The notes: generated by a model from the letters alone, not told the origin. A stretch of DNA of 64,000 nucleotides from an uncultured Bacilli bacterium (GCA_963931685.1 OZ007038.1:529964-593963), one strand, 5' to 3'. Shown: positions 18,821 through 29,192, counted from the stretch's first letter. Numbers and translations are program-made.

Positions 18821-19237
18821 TTGTTATTACGCATATCCGTTGTTTCCTTTATTTATGGTTTAAATTTATAATTAAACTAAAAGCAGGCTGTGAATACTTG
18901 TTTTTGCATATGTTTATAGATTTATAAATTTAATAAAACTTTTAAAATAAAGAATATAATTGTTATATTTAGCTATGAATAGTAACATCTGATTATGGTA
19001 AATATTGTTAACTTTTGTAAAGATACTGGTCAAACTAAAATATATATGATATAATTTAATTGTCTAAAAGAAGAATACCGCTATGAAAAACCTACTAAGT
19101 ATAACGATTGGGAATCTAATTCGTTGGTGGTGTAGAATACTTTAATTTATTAGAGGATCCTAAAACTGATGATGTGATGCCCACCTGGGAGATCAGGTTT
19201 TTAATTCGTTAAGGTTTCTCTTTTGGACTTTGCTTAA

Positions 19238-19262
19238 AACGGGGATTTTTTCCTCGTTTTTG
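19238..19262. terminator. Rho-independent hairpin that probably acts as a bidirectional terminator. It could also be the 3' end of a putative sRNA from the 18.8-19.3 kb intergenic region.
   Basis: AACGGGGA-ttttt-TCCTCGTT with one G-U pair, followed by TTTTG on the + strand. It lies 15 nt downstream of the rnhC stop on the - strand. Confidence 0.6.
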
Positions 19263-19276
19263 TTATGAAAAAAGAA

Positions 19277-20251
19277 TTAGTTTTTAGCTAATTCTTTTAT
19301 TTTTTCAGTGTTTTTAAAATTGGTTTTAGCTATTTCATTTAAAACATCAATACCATATTCTTTTACTAATTTAGCACCGACTTCATCGACTATTGGTCCA
19401 GCACCTTTAGGAAGCGTGTGATTATATTTTTTTGATAGTTTGTCGAACTCTTTAATAAATATATATCTACTTATGATTGCTGAACAAGCAACAGATAAGC
19501 ATTGGTCTTCGGCTTTGGTAATAAAAGTAATATTTCTTTGAACATTAGGTACTTGTTTTAAATAATTATAATAAACATATTTTTCAGCAAATTGATCAAC
19601 AACTATATAATCATATTGTTTGTATTGTTTTGTCATTTCTATTAAAACTTTATTGTGTAAAATAGCTTTCATGGCATTCATGTTGTATTTATTATGTCTT
19701 TGGTTATATTCAGTGTTGGAAAGAGTCATCGTATAGTATGGAATTTTTTTAATAATTTGAGGAGTTATTTTTAAAATTTGTTCATCGGTTAATTTTTTAG
19801 AATCTTTAACGCCTAAACTTTCTAAAAATGGTATATTTTCTTTAGTAACATATGAGGCTGTTACAATAATGGGTCCAAAGTAATCTCCTGTTCCAACTTC
19901 ATCTGAACCAATGGTGTTTGCATAGTAGACTTTAGAGTTTTTTTTAGTTTCTTTTTTTTTCTCATTACTAGCAACTTTCATATCAACTTTTTTATTTGGA
20001 TTTAGATTTTTTTCCATTTGTGACCATAGATTTGCATCTATATCTGCACTTATACCTTGAAAAACAGCTTTACCTGATTCATATAAAGTAACAACAGTAT
20101 CTGCTTCATCAGCTTGAAAGACAGCATATGGTGGTGTTTTTATACGTTTTTTTTCTTCAAAGTATTCGTTCATCTTGTCCATTGTGTTTTTACTTACTTT
20201 TAGTGTAATTGTTTTTACGGGTTCTTTTTTCATGTTATCACCTATACACAT
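19277..20251 (-). CDS. rnhC: Ribonuclease HIII
   Basis: The 324-aa product carries the RNase HII/HIII catalytic motif GSDEVGTGDYFGPIIV and the N-terminal extension typical of HIII. Confidence 0.75.
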   Translation of the reverse strand: MCIGDNMKKEPVKTITLKVSKNTMDKMNEYFEEKKRIKTPPYAVFQADEADTVVTLYESGKAVFQGISADIDANLWSQMEKNLNPNKKVDMKVASNEKKKETKKNSKVYYANTIGSDEVGTGDYFGPIIVTASYVTKENIPFLESLGVKDSKKLTDEQILKITPQIIKKIPYYTMTLSNTEYNQRHNKYNMNAMKAILHNKVLIEMTKQYKQYDYIVVDQFAEKYVYYNYLKQVPNVQRNITFITKAEDQCLSVACSAIISRYIFIKEFDKLSKKYNHTLPKGAGPIVDEVGAKLVKEYGIDVLNEIAKTNFKNTEKIKELAKN

Positions 20252-20334
20252 TTTAACATATTTCTTATTTCATCACAATAAATGCTTTACTTTTTGTTTT
20301 TGGATATAATATAATTAGTATAGGGTGAGTAAAA

Positions 20335-21054
20335 ATGAATATTATAGATTTATTAATTATAATTTTTATATTAATTGGAGCTGTCGTTGGTTTTAAACGA
20401 GGATTTACTAGTAGTTTATTTAATTTTGTTGGTGTGATTTTAGTTGTAATTATTGCTTATTTTTTGAAAAACCCAGTTAGTGAGTTTTTAATGAGTTTTT
20501 GTCCATTTTTTAATTTTGGAGGAATTATAAAAGGTGTTACTGTTTTAAATATTGCAGTATATGAGATTATTGCTTTTATATTAGTGTTTAGTCTTTTGAT
20601 GATTGGACTTAAGGCTTTACTTATGGCAACTGGTATTTTTGAAACAATTTTAAAATTTACTATTGTTTTAGGTTTTCCTTCTAAGATTTTGGGTGCTATT
20701 GTAGGTTTGATTGAAAACTATATTATTGTATTTTTTGTTTTATATATTCTTTCAATGCCAAACTTTTTAGATGTTGGATTTATTAAAGATTCAACTTACC
20801 GTGAACCAATTCTTAAAAACACACCTATTTTATCTAATGTGGCAGAATCAACTCTTGCCGTTTTAGATGAATTTAAAGGTTTGAGCGATAAGTATACTGA
20901 AACAGAAAATAGTAATGAATTTAATTTAGAAACATTAGATTTATTCTTAAAATACAAAGTTGTAACGGTAGATACTGTTGAAAAACTTGACGATAGTGGT
21001 AAAATAAAGATTGAGGGAATTGAAACAGTTTTAAATAAATATAGGGAGGAATAA
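20335..21054 (+). CDS. cvpA: CvpA-family membrane protein
   Basis: MNIIDLLIIIFILIGAVVGFKRGF... has four TM segments. It lies divergent from rnhC, as in Bacillus. Confidence 0.6.
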   Translation: MNIIDLLIIIFILIGAVVGFKRGFTSSLFNFVGVILVVIIAYFLKNPVSEFLMSFCPFFNFGGIIKGVTVLNIAVYEIIAFILVFSLLMIGLKALLMATGIFETILKFTIVLGFPSKILGAIVGLIENYIIVFFVLYILSMPNFLDVGFIKDSTYREPILKNTPILSNVAESTLAVLDEFKGLSDKYTETENSNEFNLETLDLFLKYKVVTVDTVEKLDDSGKIKIEGIETVLNKYREE

Positions 21055-21056
21055 TT

Positions 21057-21353
21057 ATGGAAATTATTATAGGAAATTCAGAAAACTTTGAGGAAATTAC
21101 TAGTAAAGGGGATGTGCTTGTTGATTTTTTTGCGACATGGTGTGGTCCTTGCAAAATGCTTACTCTAGAGTTAGAGGAAATTAAGGATAAAGTTCAAATT
21201 ATGAAAATTGATATTGATGAAAATTTGGAGCTTTGTAAAAGATTTGGAGTTATGAGTGTTCCAACGCTTGTTTATTTTAAAAAAGATGGTACTTATGTTA
21301 TGCATATCGGTTATATGACAAGTGACGAGATTTTAAAATTTATTCAAAGTTAA
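21057..21353 (+). CDS. trxA: Thioredoxin
   Basis: The 98-aa product carries the WCGPCK active site. Confidence 0.9.
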   Translation: MEIIIGNSENFEEITSKGDVLVDFFATWCGPCKMLTLELEEIKDKVQIMKIDIDENLELCKRFGVMSVPTLVYFKKDGTYVMHIGYMTSDEILKFIQS

Positions 21354-21391
21354 AAGCTATTAGGAATAATCTTAATAGCTTTTAGTTATTT
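21353..21391. terminator. Bidirectional rho-independent terminator between trxA (+) and the dCMP deaminase gene (-)
   Basis: AAAGCTATTA-ggaataatct-TAATAGCTTT with T-rich tracts on both sides. Confidence 0.65.
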
Positions 21392-21882
21392 TTAATATTT
21401 AATATTATTTCTTTATTCATTTTTATTTTGTGATATTTCACATTACATTTATCAAATAAAGTTCTAGATGCAATATTGTTATCGCTATTCGCATATTTGT
21501 CGTTTAAATAAATTACTTCTTTAATTCCTGATTGGATAATCATTTTTGCACATTCGTTACAAGGAAATAAGTCGACATATATTTTAGAATTTTCTAAATC
21601 TTTTTTATAACCTCTATAATTTAATATAGCATTTAATTCAGCGTGACAGACATAAGGATATTTTGTTTCTAAATTATTTCCTTCACGGTTCCACGGAAAT
21701 TCATCATCATCAAAACCATTTGGGGCCCCATTATAACCTATGGATAAAATTCTATTATCATTACTAACTATGCAGGCTCCAACTCTTGTGGAAGGATCTT
21801 TACTACGCATTGCACTTAGTTCAGTTATTGCAATAAAGTATTCATCCCAAGATAGATAATCTTTTCTTTTTTCATTTTTCAT
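21382..21882 (-). CDS. dCMP deaminase (ComEB / cytidine-deoxycytidylate deaminase family)
   Basis: HAELNAI and PCNECAKMI zinc-binding motifs; 166 aa. Confidence 0.8.
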   Translation of the reverse strand: MKNEKRKDYLSWDEYFIAITELSAMRSKDPSTRVGACIVSNDNRILSIGYNGAPNGFDDDEFPWNREGNNLETKYPYVCHAELNAILNYRGYKKDLENSKIYVDLFPCNECAKMIIQSGIKEVIYLNDKYANSDNNIASRTLFDKCNVKYHKIKMNKEIILNIKNN

Positions 21883-21971
21883 ATTTTCACTTCCTTTTAG
21901 ACTATTTTATCATATTTTTATTATTTTGAATAATATGATTTTTCTGATATAATATTTAGTGGTGACATGAA

Positions 21972-22445
21972 ATGAAAAAACTATATGGATTTGTTTTTGG
22001 AACTTTATTACTAGATCAAATTGTTAAAAATTTATTATTGTTTTTTATGAATTATGGGCAGTCTATTAGTGTTATTAAGGGTTTTTTTAATATTACTTTA
22101 GTTGGAAATACTGGGGCTGCTTTTAGTATTTTAAGTTCAAATACTATTTTATTAATAGTAATTTCTTTAGCTGTTTTGAATATAATTTATTTCTTTTTTA
22201 TTAAAGGAAAGAAATTAACTATATTTGAACAAGTTTCATATGGTTTATTAGTTGGTGGAATTATGGGAAATTTAGTTGATAGAGTAGTACATATGCAGGT
22301 GATTGATTATTTGGATTTTAATATATTTGGCTATAATTTTCCAATATTTAATTTGGCTGATATCGCAATTGTTGTTTCAATGATTTTGATTGCAATTCAG
22401 GTGATAAAAGGTGATAAAGATGGAGTATCAAGTAAAACAAAGTGA
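21972..22445 (+). CDS. lspA: Lipoprotein signal peptidase II
   Basis: The 157-aa product has four TM segments and the FNLADIAIV motif. Confidence 0.8.
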   Translation: MKKLYGFVFGTLLLDQIVKNLLLFFMNYGQSISVIKGFFNITLVGNTGAAFSILSSNTILLIVISLAVLNIIYFFFIKGKKLTIFEQVSYGLLVGGIMGNLVDRVVHMQVIDYLDFNIFGYNFPIFNLADIAIVVSMILIAIQVIKGDKDGVSSKTK

Positions 22446-23295
22446 TATAAGATTAGATAACTATTTATCTTCTATTTTGGAAGTTAGCCGTAGTCAGGTT
22501 ACTAAAATGATTAAGGCACATGAGGTTTTAGTAAATGGAAAAGAAGTAAAACCTGGTTTTTTACTAAAAGAAAATGATAAGGTTATAGTTAGTCATGTTA
22601 CAGAAGATGAACTTAAACCAGAGAAAATGAATTTGGATATTGTTTATGAAGACGATGATGTAATTGTAGTTAATAAGGCTAATGGAGTGGTTGTACATCC
22701 TGGGGCTGGAAATCATAGTGGTACTTTAGTAAATGGACTATTATATCATACTAAATTAAGTGATTTAAATGATGATGTAAGACCTGGTATTGTTCATAGA
22801 ATTGATGCTTATACAACTGGTTTACTTATGATTGCTAAAAATAATAAAGCTCATGAAGTTTTGGCTAAAGAACTAGCTTCAAAGAAGACTTATAGAAAAT
22901 ATGTTGCTTTAGTATGGGGCGTAATAAAAAATGATACGGGGGAGATAGATGCACCAATTGGAAGAAGTACACATGACCGTAAAAAAATGACAGTTCGCGC
23001 TGATGGTAAAGAGGCTATTACTCATTTTAGAGTTTTAAAAAGATATGATAATGCAACTTTAATTGAACTTAAACTAGAAACGGGAAGAACACATCAAATT
23101 AGAGTGCATATGGATTATATTGGACATCCTTTAGTAAATGATCCTGTTTATGGTAATAGGAAATTATTTGATGATAGTGGCCAATGTTTGCATGCTAAAG
23201 AATTGGGATTTGTTCATCCTAGAACTTTAAAATATATGCAGTTTGATAGTGAACTTCCAGAGTGCTTTTTGAATATTTTGAAAAAATTCGAGTAG
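22411..23295 (+). CDS. rluD: RluA-family 23S rRNA pseudouridine synthase (RluD-like)
   Basis: N-terminal S4-like domain, HRIDAYTTGLLMIAKN and RTHQIRVH. Confidence 0.85.
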   Translation: MIKMEYQVKQSDIRLDNYLSSILEVSRSQVTKMIKAHEVLVNGKEVKPGFLLKENDKVIVSHVTEDELKPEKMNLDIVYEDDDVIVVNKANGVVVHPGAGNHSGTLVNGLLYHTKLSDLNDDVRPGIVHRIDAYTTGLLMIAKNNKAHEVLAKELASKKTYRKYVALVWGVIKNDTGEIDAPIGRSTHDRKKMTVRADGKEAITHFRVLKRYDNATLIELKLETGRTHQIRVHMDYIGHPLVNDPVYGNRKLFDDSGQCLHAKELGFVHPRTLKYMQFDSELPECFLNILKKFE

Positions 23296-23303
23296 GTGAT
23301 GAT

Positions 23304-24446
23304 ATGAACGAAATAGTTATTGATAAAAAAGAAGAACTGGTCATGAAACTTTTACACTATTTTATTACTGAAAGAGGATATAATCCAGTAATTATTAGGG
23401 GTGTGAAAGATGAAATATGGCTTGAGAATTTAGATGATGATTATAAGATTATTAGGATTGTTTCAGGTTATATTCATAATAATGAACAGTTTAAATTTGA
23501 TATATTTAAAACTGAAAGTTTACTTAAAACTATTAAGAAAAAAACATTGTCTTTTAAAATTAATGCCCTTAGTATATTTGTTAATTTAGGGGATAATGTT
23601 GATATATCTGAATTTGAGGATACTCCTAATATTAAATTTGCTAATATTCATGATGCGGATGATTTAAATAAATATAGATTTGTTACTTCAGCATTTCCAG
23701 ATATTACCAATGATATGGATTTTAAGGAGAAGGGTTTAGAACTTTTTATGAAAATTACTAGTGATATAAATAAAAAAAATGAAGGAGATGCGAAGATGAA
23801 TGAGGATGTATTTAGACCTAAAAAACCAGTTATTACTTATGCTTTAATTGCTATAAATGTTGTTATTTATATTTTAAGTTTATTTAATGATAGCATTTTA
23901 CAAATGTTTGCGGTAAATAGATTTTATATTGTAGAGTTAAATCAATATTATAGACTTTTTACTGGTATATTTTTACATGCTAATTTATTACATTTACTTT
24001 TTAATATGTATGCTTTGTATGTAATAGGTATGCAGCTTGAAAGCTTTTTAGGAAAATGGAAGTATTTGACAGTTTATTTACTTTCAGGCTTAGGCGGTTC
24101 AATGCTTTCAATATTCTTTAGTAATAATTTTAGTGTTGGAGCATCTGGTGCAATATTTGGCTTAATGGGAGCTTTACTTTATTTTGGATATCACTATAGA
24201 GTGTATTTGGATAGTGTAGTTAAATCACAAATTATTCCACTTATTGTTATTAATTTATTTATTGGTTTTACGGTGAGTGGAATTGATAATTGGGCACATA
24301 TTGGTGGTTTAGTTGGAGGAATTTTGTCTTGTATGGCTGTTGGTGTTAAATATAAATCTAGTAGATTTGAAATGATTAATGGAGCTATTATGTACTTGAT
24401 TTTTATTGGATTTATAGGATATATGGTGTTTGTTAGAGGATTATAA
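23304..24446 (+). CDS. Rhomboid-family intramembrane serine protease with an N-terminal cytoplasmic extension
   Basis: GIFLHANLLHLLFNMYAL and GASGAIFGLMGA (rhomboid GxSG). A start at 23304 (RBS GGTGATG) is preferred over the track's 23262. Confidence 0.8.
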   Translation: MNEIVIDKKEELVMKLLHYFITERGYNPVIIRGVKDEIWLENLDDDYKIIRIVSGYIHNNEQFKFDIFKTESLLKTIKKKTLSFKINALSIFVNLGDNVDISEFEDTPNIKFANIHDADDLNKYRFVTSAFPDITNDMDFKEKGLELFMKITSDINKKNEGDAKMNEDVFRPKKPVITYALIAINVVIYILSLFNDSILQMFAVNRFYIVELNQYYRLFTGIFLHANLLHLLFNMYALYVIGMQLESFLGKWKYLTVYLLSGLGGSMLSIFFSNNFSVGASGAIFGLMGALLYFGYHYRVYLDSVVKSQIIPLIVINLFIGFTVSGIDNWAHIGGLVGGILSCMAVGVKYKSSRFEMINGAIMYLIFIGFIGYMVFVRGL

Positions 24447-24477
24447 AAGAAACAAGTGTTAGTGCTTGTTTCTTTTA
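24446..24477. terminator. Bidirectional hairpin terminator between the rhomboid gene (+) and the phosphatidyltransferase gene (-)
   Basis: AAAGAAACAAG-tgttagtg-CTTGTTTCTTT followed by TTT. Confidence 0.6.
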
Positions 24478-25280
24478 GTATATTGTTTTCCTGTTTCTTT
24501 AGTTTCTTCTATTTGTTTATCTTTTTCATCTTGATTTAATTCATAAATCATTGCCATGTGATTTTCTTTAGAAAGTTTTAATTTTGAAGTTTTAGTTTTT
24601 TTGTTTGTTAATGCTTTATTTTTTTTGCTTGTATTTTGTTTTGAAGGTTCTTTTTCAATATTTTCTTCTTCATTTTTTGTTTGTTTTTTGTATTCATCTA
24701 GGTACTGTTTAATATTTATACTTTGAAGAGGGATTGTTCCAATGCTTAAAGCAGTACTTATTGCTAATAAGGTTTCATTGGTTATTCCAGCAATGTTTAA
24801 ATTTTGAATAGCTAGGGCAAGGTAACCTAATATTAAAGCGATTGATAGTGGCCATATTTTAGCTTTACCTAGTAAATTACTTTTTGGATGACCACCTTTA
24901 GATAATAATTTAGCATTTATTAAAGCTATGGCGCTTTCTAGTATTCCATTTATGGCAAAAACTGGTAACATAGGAATGATGCCTATAATTAGTAAAAGAG
25001 AAAAAATTTTGTCTGAAACGGCATCTAACCTGGCTCCTTCTTCTGTTTCTTCTTTAGCAATTATTCTAGCTGCTTTTCCATCTAAGAAATCGGAGATGGC
25101 TAGAAAACTTATTGTTCCAAATAGAACAGGTAAGGGGGTGCCAGTATATGTCATAATTGGTATAGCTAAACCACCAATTACCCTTGAAAATGATAGCCAG
25201 TTAGGTATTAATGATAGTTTGTTATCTGGGTTAAATAATCCTTTGGCAAATTTTTGGGTTGTATTTTTGATTGCGTTCAT
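24459..25280 (-). CDS. CDP-alcohol phosphatidyltransferase family protein (PgsA-like) with a ~90-aa Lys/Glu-rich C-terminal tail
   Basis: DFLDGKAARIIAKEETEEGARLDAVSDK matches the D-x2-DG-x2-AR...G-x3-D-x3-D motif. The tail (KKQTKNEEENIEKEPSKQNTSKKNKALTNKKTKTSKLKLSKE...) is low-complexity. Confidence 0.65.
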   Translation of the reverse strand: MNAIKNTTQKFAKGLFNPDNKLSLIPNWLSFSRVIGGLAIPIMTYTGTPLPVLFGTISFLAISDFLDGKAARIIAKEETEEGARLDAVSDKIFSLLLIIGIIPMLPVFAINGILESAIALINAKLLSKGGHPKSNLLGKAKIWPLSIALILGYLALAIQNLNIAGITNETLLAISTALSIGTIPLQSINIKQYLDEYKKQTKNEEENIEKEPSKQNTSKKNKALTNKKTKTSKLKLSKENHMAMIYELNQDEKDKQIEETKETGKQYTKRNKH

Positions 25281-25640
25281 TTTATCACTCCAATTTGTTT
25301 ATATATTTTATCATAAAAATGGTTTTAATGTAAAATATTTTACACATTTGTTTGTTTTGTTTTTAAATTTATTGACAATTCATTAAATTTATTTTACGAT
25401 GAGTTTGCAAAAGAAATTTTGCTGAGTTAGGTCGCTTTTTTCCCCAGCGTTAGATAATTAATTTTTCTAGTGTTTGGGCTAACTCTTTTTTTCTTATAAG
25501 TTGTATTGTTTTAAAACCATAAGTTATTTTAAATTTATGGTTTTTTTGTCAAATAATGTCTAGTTTGAATGTTTCAATTATATACAATATATATATTCTT
25601 TGATATAATATTTATAGGATAATTAAGGGGGCTTGAGCAT

Positions 25641-28600
25641 ATGAAAAAACTTTTACAATTTACTTTTATTTTATTTTTAATGTTTAATCTTGTGCCTTCT
25701 TATGAAGTTGAGGCAGCATCTAATTATACGGTTGAAATGGTTGCTAATCAAACTGGAAATAAGGTTATAGGAAGTTATAGTAGTTATAGTGCGGCTTTAA
25801 ATGCTATGAATGCTCAAAACTCTACTGCAAATAGTGTCGCAACAATTTATAGAGATGGTGTGCCTGTAGATAGTAAATATGGAATTTTTAAATTTAAACC
25901 TGGAAAAACATATAATTTATATACTTCTGCAACTGGCTCTACTTATACTTCTATTCATGGTTCATATGGAACAGATGCGGCTTTACTTGGATATAGTGAA
26001 AATGGTAGAGTTAAGGTTATGATAAGCGGTTATATTGGCTGGACTGAAGTTACTAATGGAGTGGTAACCCCTATTTCTTTAATGGGGGTTAATGGAAATA
26101 TGATTAATGTTCCTGGCGGTCTTGGAATCAGAATTAGAAAAACGCCTTCATTAAAAGGTACAGTTATAACTCAGGTTAAGACAACTTCTAATTTTAGTTA
26201 TACAGAAACTAGAAATGCGGATGGATATACTTGGTATAAAATTAGTTATAATGGTTCTGAAGCTTGGATTGCTAAAACTGATAGTGTGACAGAACTTACT
26301 GGTACTAATGGACTTGGAACTTATTATAATCACTATGGGCCTACGGGAAATTTAATTCATCATTTTACTTATTATAATGGGTCTGGATATGGTGATACTT
26401 TTACTAATTTAGGTACTGCACCTTCTTATTTAGCTAAGGATGTAAGGTATTATAGTTTTGATGGTAATTATTTTTATGCGGATATTATGACGATGCTTGA
26501 TGATTATAGAAGTGGTGTTTATACTCATAGTATTAATTATGATAGTCCTCATTATGCTTATTATTTATATTTATCTAGTCATTCTGTTACTGGTTATACT
26601 GCAGAGGATTTTGATGAAATTATTTCTAATAAAGGTTATAATGCATCAACTTCTAAGATGTTTGGAACTGGTAAATATTTTAAAGAAGCTGAAGCTACTT
26701 ATGGCCAAAATGCTTTAATGATGTTTGGAACGGCAATGAACGAAAGTGCGAATGGTACTAGTAAAATTGCTATGGATAAGAATAATTTATTTGGTTATGG
26801 TGCTGCTGATAGCTGTGCTTATGATTGTGCTTATTCTTATGATAGTCCTAGGGATTCTATTATGGATTATGCTAAAAAAACTGATACAAATTATTCACTT
26901 GCAACAGGTAAGTATTATTATGGAAGCCATTATGGTAATAAAGCTAGTGGGCGTAATGTAAAATATGCTACTGATCCATATTGGGGCGAAAAGCAGGCAG
27001 GTAATTCATTTACTAATGATTTGGATTATGGAGGTAAGGATTTTAATTCAAGTACAATTGGTGTTGTTAAGAAGGATAGTAATGTTGGCAGACCTTGGGT
27101 ATTTGATAAACCAGAAAGAACTGATGAGGCTCATGTTTATACTTTGAAAAATCCAAATAGTAATGAAAAAGTTAATGATTTATCTGTTAATGTCGTGGAT
27201 AAAGTTGTTGGTTTAAATGGTGTTGAGTTTTATAAAATTTATACTGATTTACCTGCTGAGGATAATTTACTTTATGGATATGTTCCAACTGAAGAGATTT
27301 ATGTATCTAATAATCAACCTGTAATTAGTGCTTCTGATAAGACTATTAAAGAAGGAAATAATTTTAATCCTTTAGAAGGTGTTAGTGCAAGTGATGCAGA
27401 AAATGGTAATTTAACAGGTAAAATTACATATGAAAGTGATGTTAAACCGGAAAAAGAAGGAACATATCATGTTACTTATACTGTTTCAGATAATAGTAAT
27501 TTCCATGTTAGTAAAACAATTACTGTTAAAGTTATATCTGCTGAGCTTCCTATAATTACTGCTGAAGATAAGGAAGTTAAACAATTCGAAGAGTTTGATT
27601 ATATGGATGGTGTAAGTGCTAAGGCATATGATGGAACAGATTTAACTGATGATATTACTTATGAACAGACAGTTAATACAGATGTTGCTGATACTTATGA
27701 GGTTACTTATAAGGTAAAAGATTCTAAAGGTAAAGAAGTAAGTAAAACTATTAATGTAACTGTTATTCCTAATGAAAAGCCAGTTATTAATGCATCAGAT
27801 AAAGAAATTTATTTAAATAGTGATTTTGATCCTTTAGAAGGCGTTACAGCTAGTGACGCTGAGGATGGACCTATTGAAAAAATTGAATATAAAGGTGAAG
27901 TTAAAACTGATGAGGTAGGGGATTATAAGGTTACTTATATAGTTACTGATAAAAATGGTCAAAAGACCGAAAAAACTATAACTGTTAAAGTTATTGTAAA
28001 TCAGCTTCCAGTAATTAATGTTTCTGATAAGACTATTTATTTGAATAGTGAGTTTGACCCATTAGATGGTGTTACAGCTTATGATCCTGAAGATGGAACA
28101 ATTATTAAAATTAATGTTGATTTAAATGAAGTAAAAACAAATGAACTTGGTCAATATAAAGTGACTTATTCAGTAACTGATTCATATGAACAAACAGTCA
28201 CTAAAACAATTACGGTTACTGTTAGTGAAAAAATATTGGAAGAAAAAGATGGAGAATTTTATTTAGATGGAATAAAATGGAATGATAATTCTAAAAAATA
28301 TGAGATTAGTGGTTATTTGATACAGTTGGGTGCAAAAAATGGAATTGATGATTATTTGAAATTTCAATTGGTATTAGAAAACAAAAGCACTAATGAAAAA
28401 TATAATGTAAATGTTGATCGATGGACAAATGATTTGCCATATGATTTGGGCGAAGAAAATGGTTATGATTATCGTGGTGCGTGGTTCAAAGGAGAAATTG
28501 ATTTATCAGGAATTCCTCAAGGAGATTATGATTTGTACATGAGAAGTGAGGGTACGGATTATTATTCCGAAACTTTATTTTCTAATATATTAAATAGTTC

Positions 28601-29168
28601 AATTGATAAAAGAAGTGAAGATAATAAAAAAGGATATAATTTTTATGTCAATTTAAAGAAAAAAACTAAAGCTGTTGAACTTAGTATTAGAGATGGAGGA
28701 CTTATTTCAACTAGTGAGTCTCCTACATATCGTAATATGATAAATGATTATGATGATATGAGTTTTGAGGGTAATTGTTTGAAATTAATTGGAACTTCTT
28801 ATAATTATGGAGTTGACTATAGTAATAAATCAAACATTGATAGAAAAGTATATTTAGAAAATGTTAAAACCTTTGATTTAATTTTCACTGATATAGATAG
28901 TACCAATCAAGGAAGTTATAGTATTACATCTTTAGATAATTTATCTAAAGAATATGCTTGGTATAATGGTCAAATTGATGTCTCTCAATTAGAAAAAGGT
29001 ACATATGCTATCATTATTGATACTAAAGTTGGAAATGTTGAAGATTATGGATATGTTGTCGATATGTTTAATGCCATTAACGAAGCACAAACTTCAATTG
29101 ATGGTAAAAATTATAAGTTAGTTGTCAATACAAAAGAAAACAATCGTGTTGAACTAGTAGTTAGTTAA
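25641..29168 (+). CDS. Secreted 1175-aa cell-wall hydrolase: signal peptide, SH3b-like domain, GH73 N-acetylglucosaminidase domain, four tandem Ig-like repeats (~80 aa, DUF5011-type) and a C-terminal domain
   Basis: Signal peptide MKKLLQFTFILFLMFNLVPSYEVEA. SH3b-like GYTWYKISYNGSEAWIAK. GH73 motif MFGTAMNESANGTSKIAMDKNNLFGYGA. The four repeats of the type PVISASDKTIKEGNNFNPLEGVSASDAENG...YHVTYTVSD...KTITVKV span 27.30-28.23 kb. Confidence 0.7.
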   Translation: MKKLLQFTFILFLMFNLVPSYEVEAASNYTVEMVANQTGNKVIGSYSSYSAALNAMNAQNSTANSVATIYRDGVPVDSKYGIFKFKPGKTYNLYTSATGSTYTSIHGSYGTDAALLGYSENGRVKVMISGYIGWTEVTNGVVTPISLMGVNGNMINVPGGLGIRIRKTPSLKGTVITQVKTTSNFSYTETRNADGYTWYKISYNGSEAWIAKTDSVTELTGTNGLGTYYNHYGPTGNLIHHFTYYNGSGYGDTFTNLGTAPSYLAKDVRYYSFDGNYFYADIMTMLDDYRSGVYTHSINYDSPHYAYYLYLSSHSVTGYTAEDFDEIISNKGYNASTSKMFGTGKYFKEAEATYGQNALMMFGTAMNESANGTSKIAMDKNNLFGYGAADSCAYDCAYSYDSPRDSIMDYAKKTDTNYSLATGKYYYGSHYGNKASGRNVKYATDPYWGEKQAGNSFTNDLDYGGKDFNSSTIGVVKKDSNVGRPWVFDKPERTDEAHVYTLKNPNSNEKVNDLSVNVVDKVVGLNGVEFYKIYTDLPAEDNLLYGYVPTEEIYVSNNQPVISASDKTIKEGNNFNPLEGVSASDAENGNLTGKITYESDVKPEKEGTYHVTYTVSDNSNFHVSKTITVKVISAELPIITAEDKEVKQFEEFDYMDGVSAKAYDGTDLTDDITYEQTVNTDVADTYEVTYKVKDSKGKEVSKTINVTVIPNEKPVINASDKEIYLNSDFDPLEGVTASDAEDGPIEKIEYKGEVKTDEVGDYKVTYIVTDKNGQKTEKTITVKVIVNQLPVINVSDKTIYLNSEFDPLDGVTAYDPEDGTIIKINVDLNEVKTNELGQYKVTYSVTDSYEQTVTKTITVTVSEKILEEKDGEFYLDGIKWNDNSKKYEISGYLIQLGAKNGIDDYLKFQLVLENKSTNEKYNVNVDRWTNDLPYDLGEENGYDYRGAWFKGEIDLSGIPQGDYDLYMRSEGTDYYSETLFSNILNSSIDKRSEDNKKGYNFYVNLKKKTKAVELSIRDGGLISTSESPTYRNMINDYDDMSFEGNCLKLIGTSYNYGVDYSNKSNIDRKVYLENVKTFDLIFTDIDSTNQGSYSITSLDNLSKEYAWYNGQIDVSQLEKGTYAIIIDTKVGNVEDYGYVVDMFNAINEAQTSIDGKNYKLVVNTKENNRVELVVS

Positions 29169-29192
29169 TACGATTGTTTTTAAATAAATTAA

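Noticed and set aside
25514-25548. Hairpin AAACCATAA-N12-TTATGGTTT plus a U-tract upstream of the autolysin promoter
   Set aside because: It looks like an intrinsic terminator, but nothing upstream on the + strand is transcribed toward it. It may insulate the autolysin gene from divergent transcription. This is too weak to call a feature.
26497-27147. Short + strand ORFs (60-73 aa; hydrophobic I/L/M-rich) inside the GH73 autolysin gene, and the antisense ORF at 26151-26333
   Set aside because: These are alternative frames of an AT-rich coding region. The real frame encodes conserved GH73 motifs.
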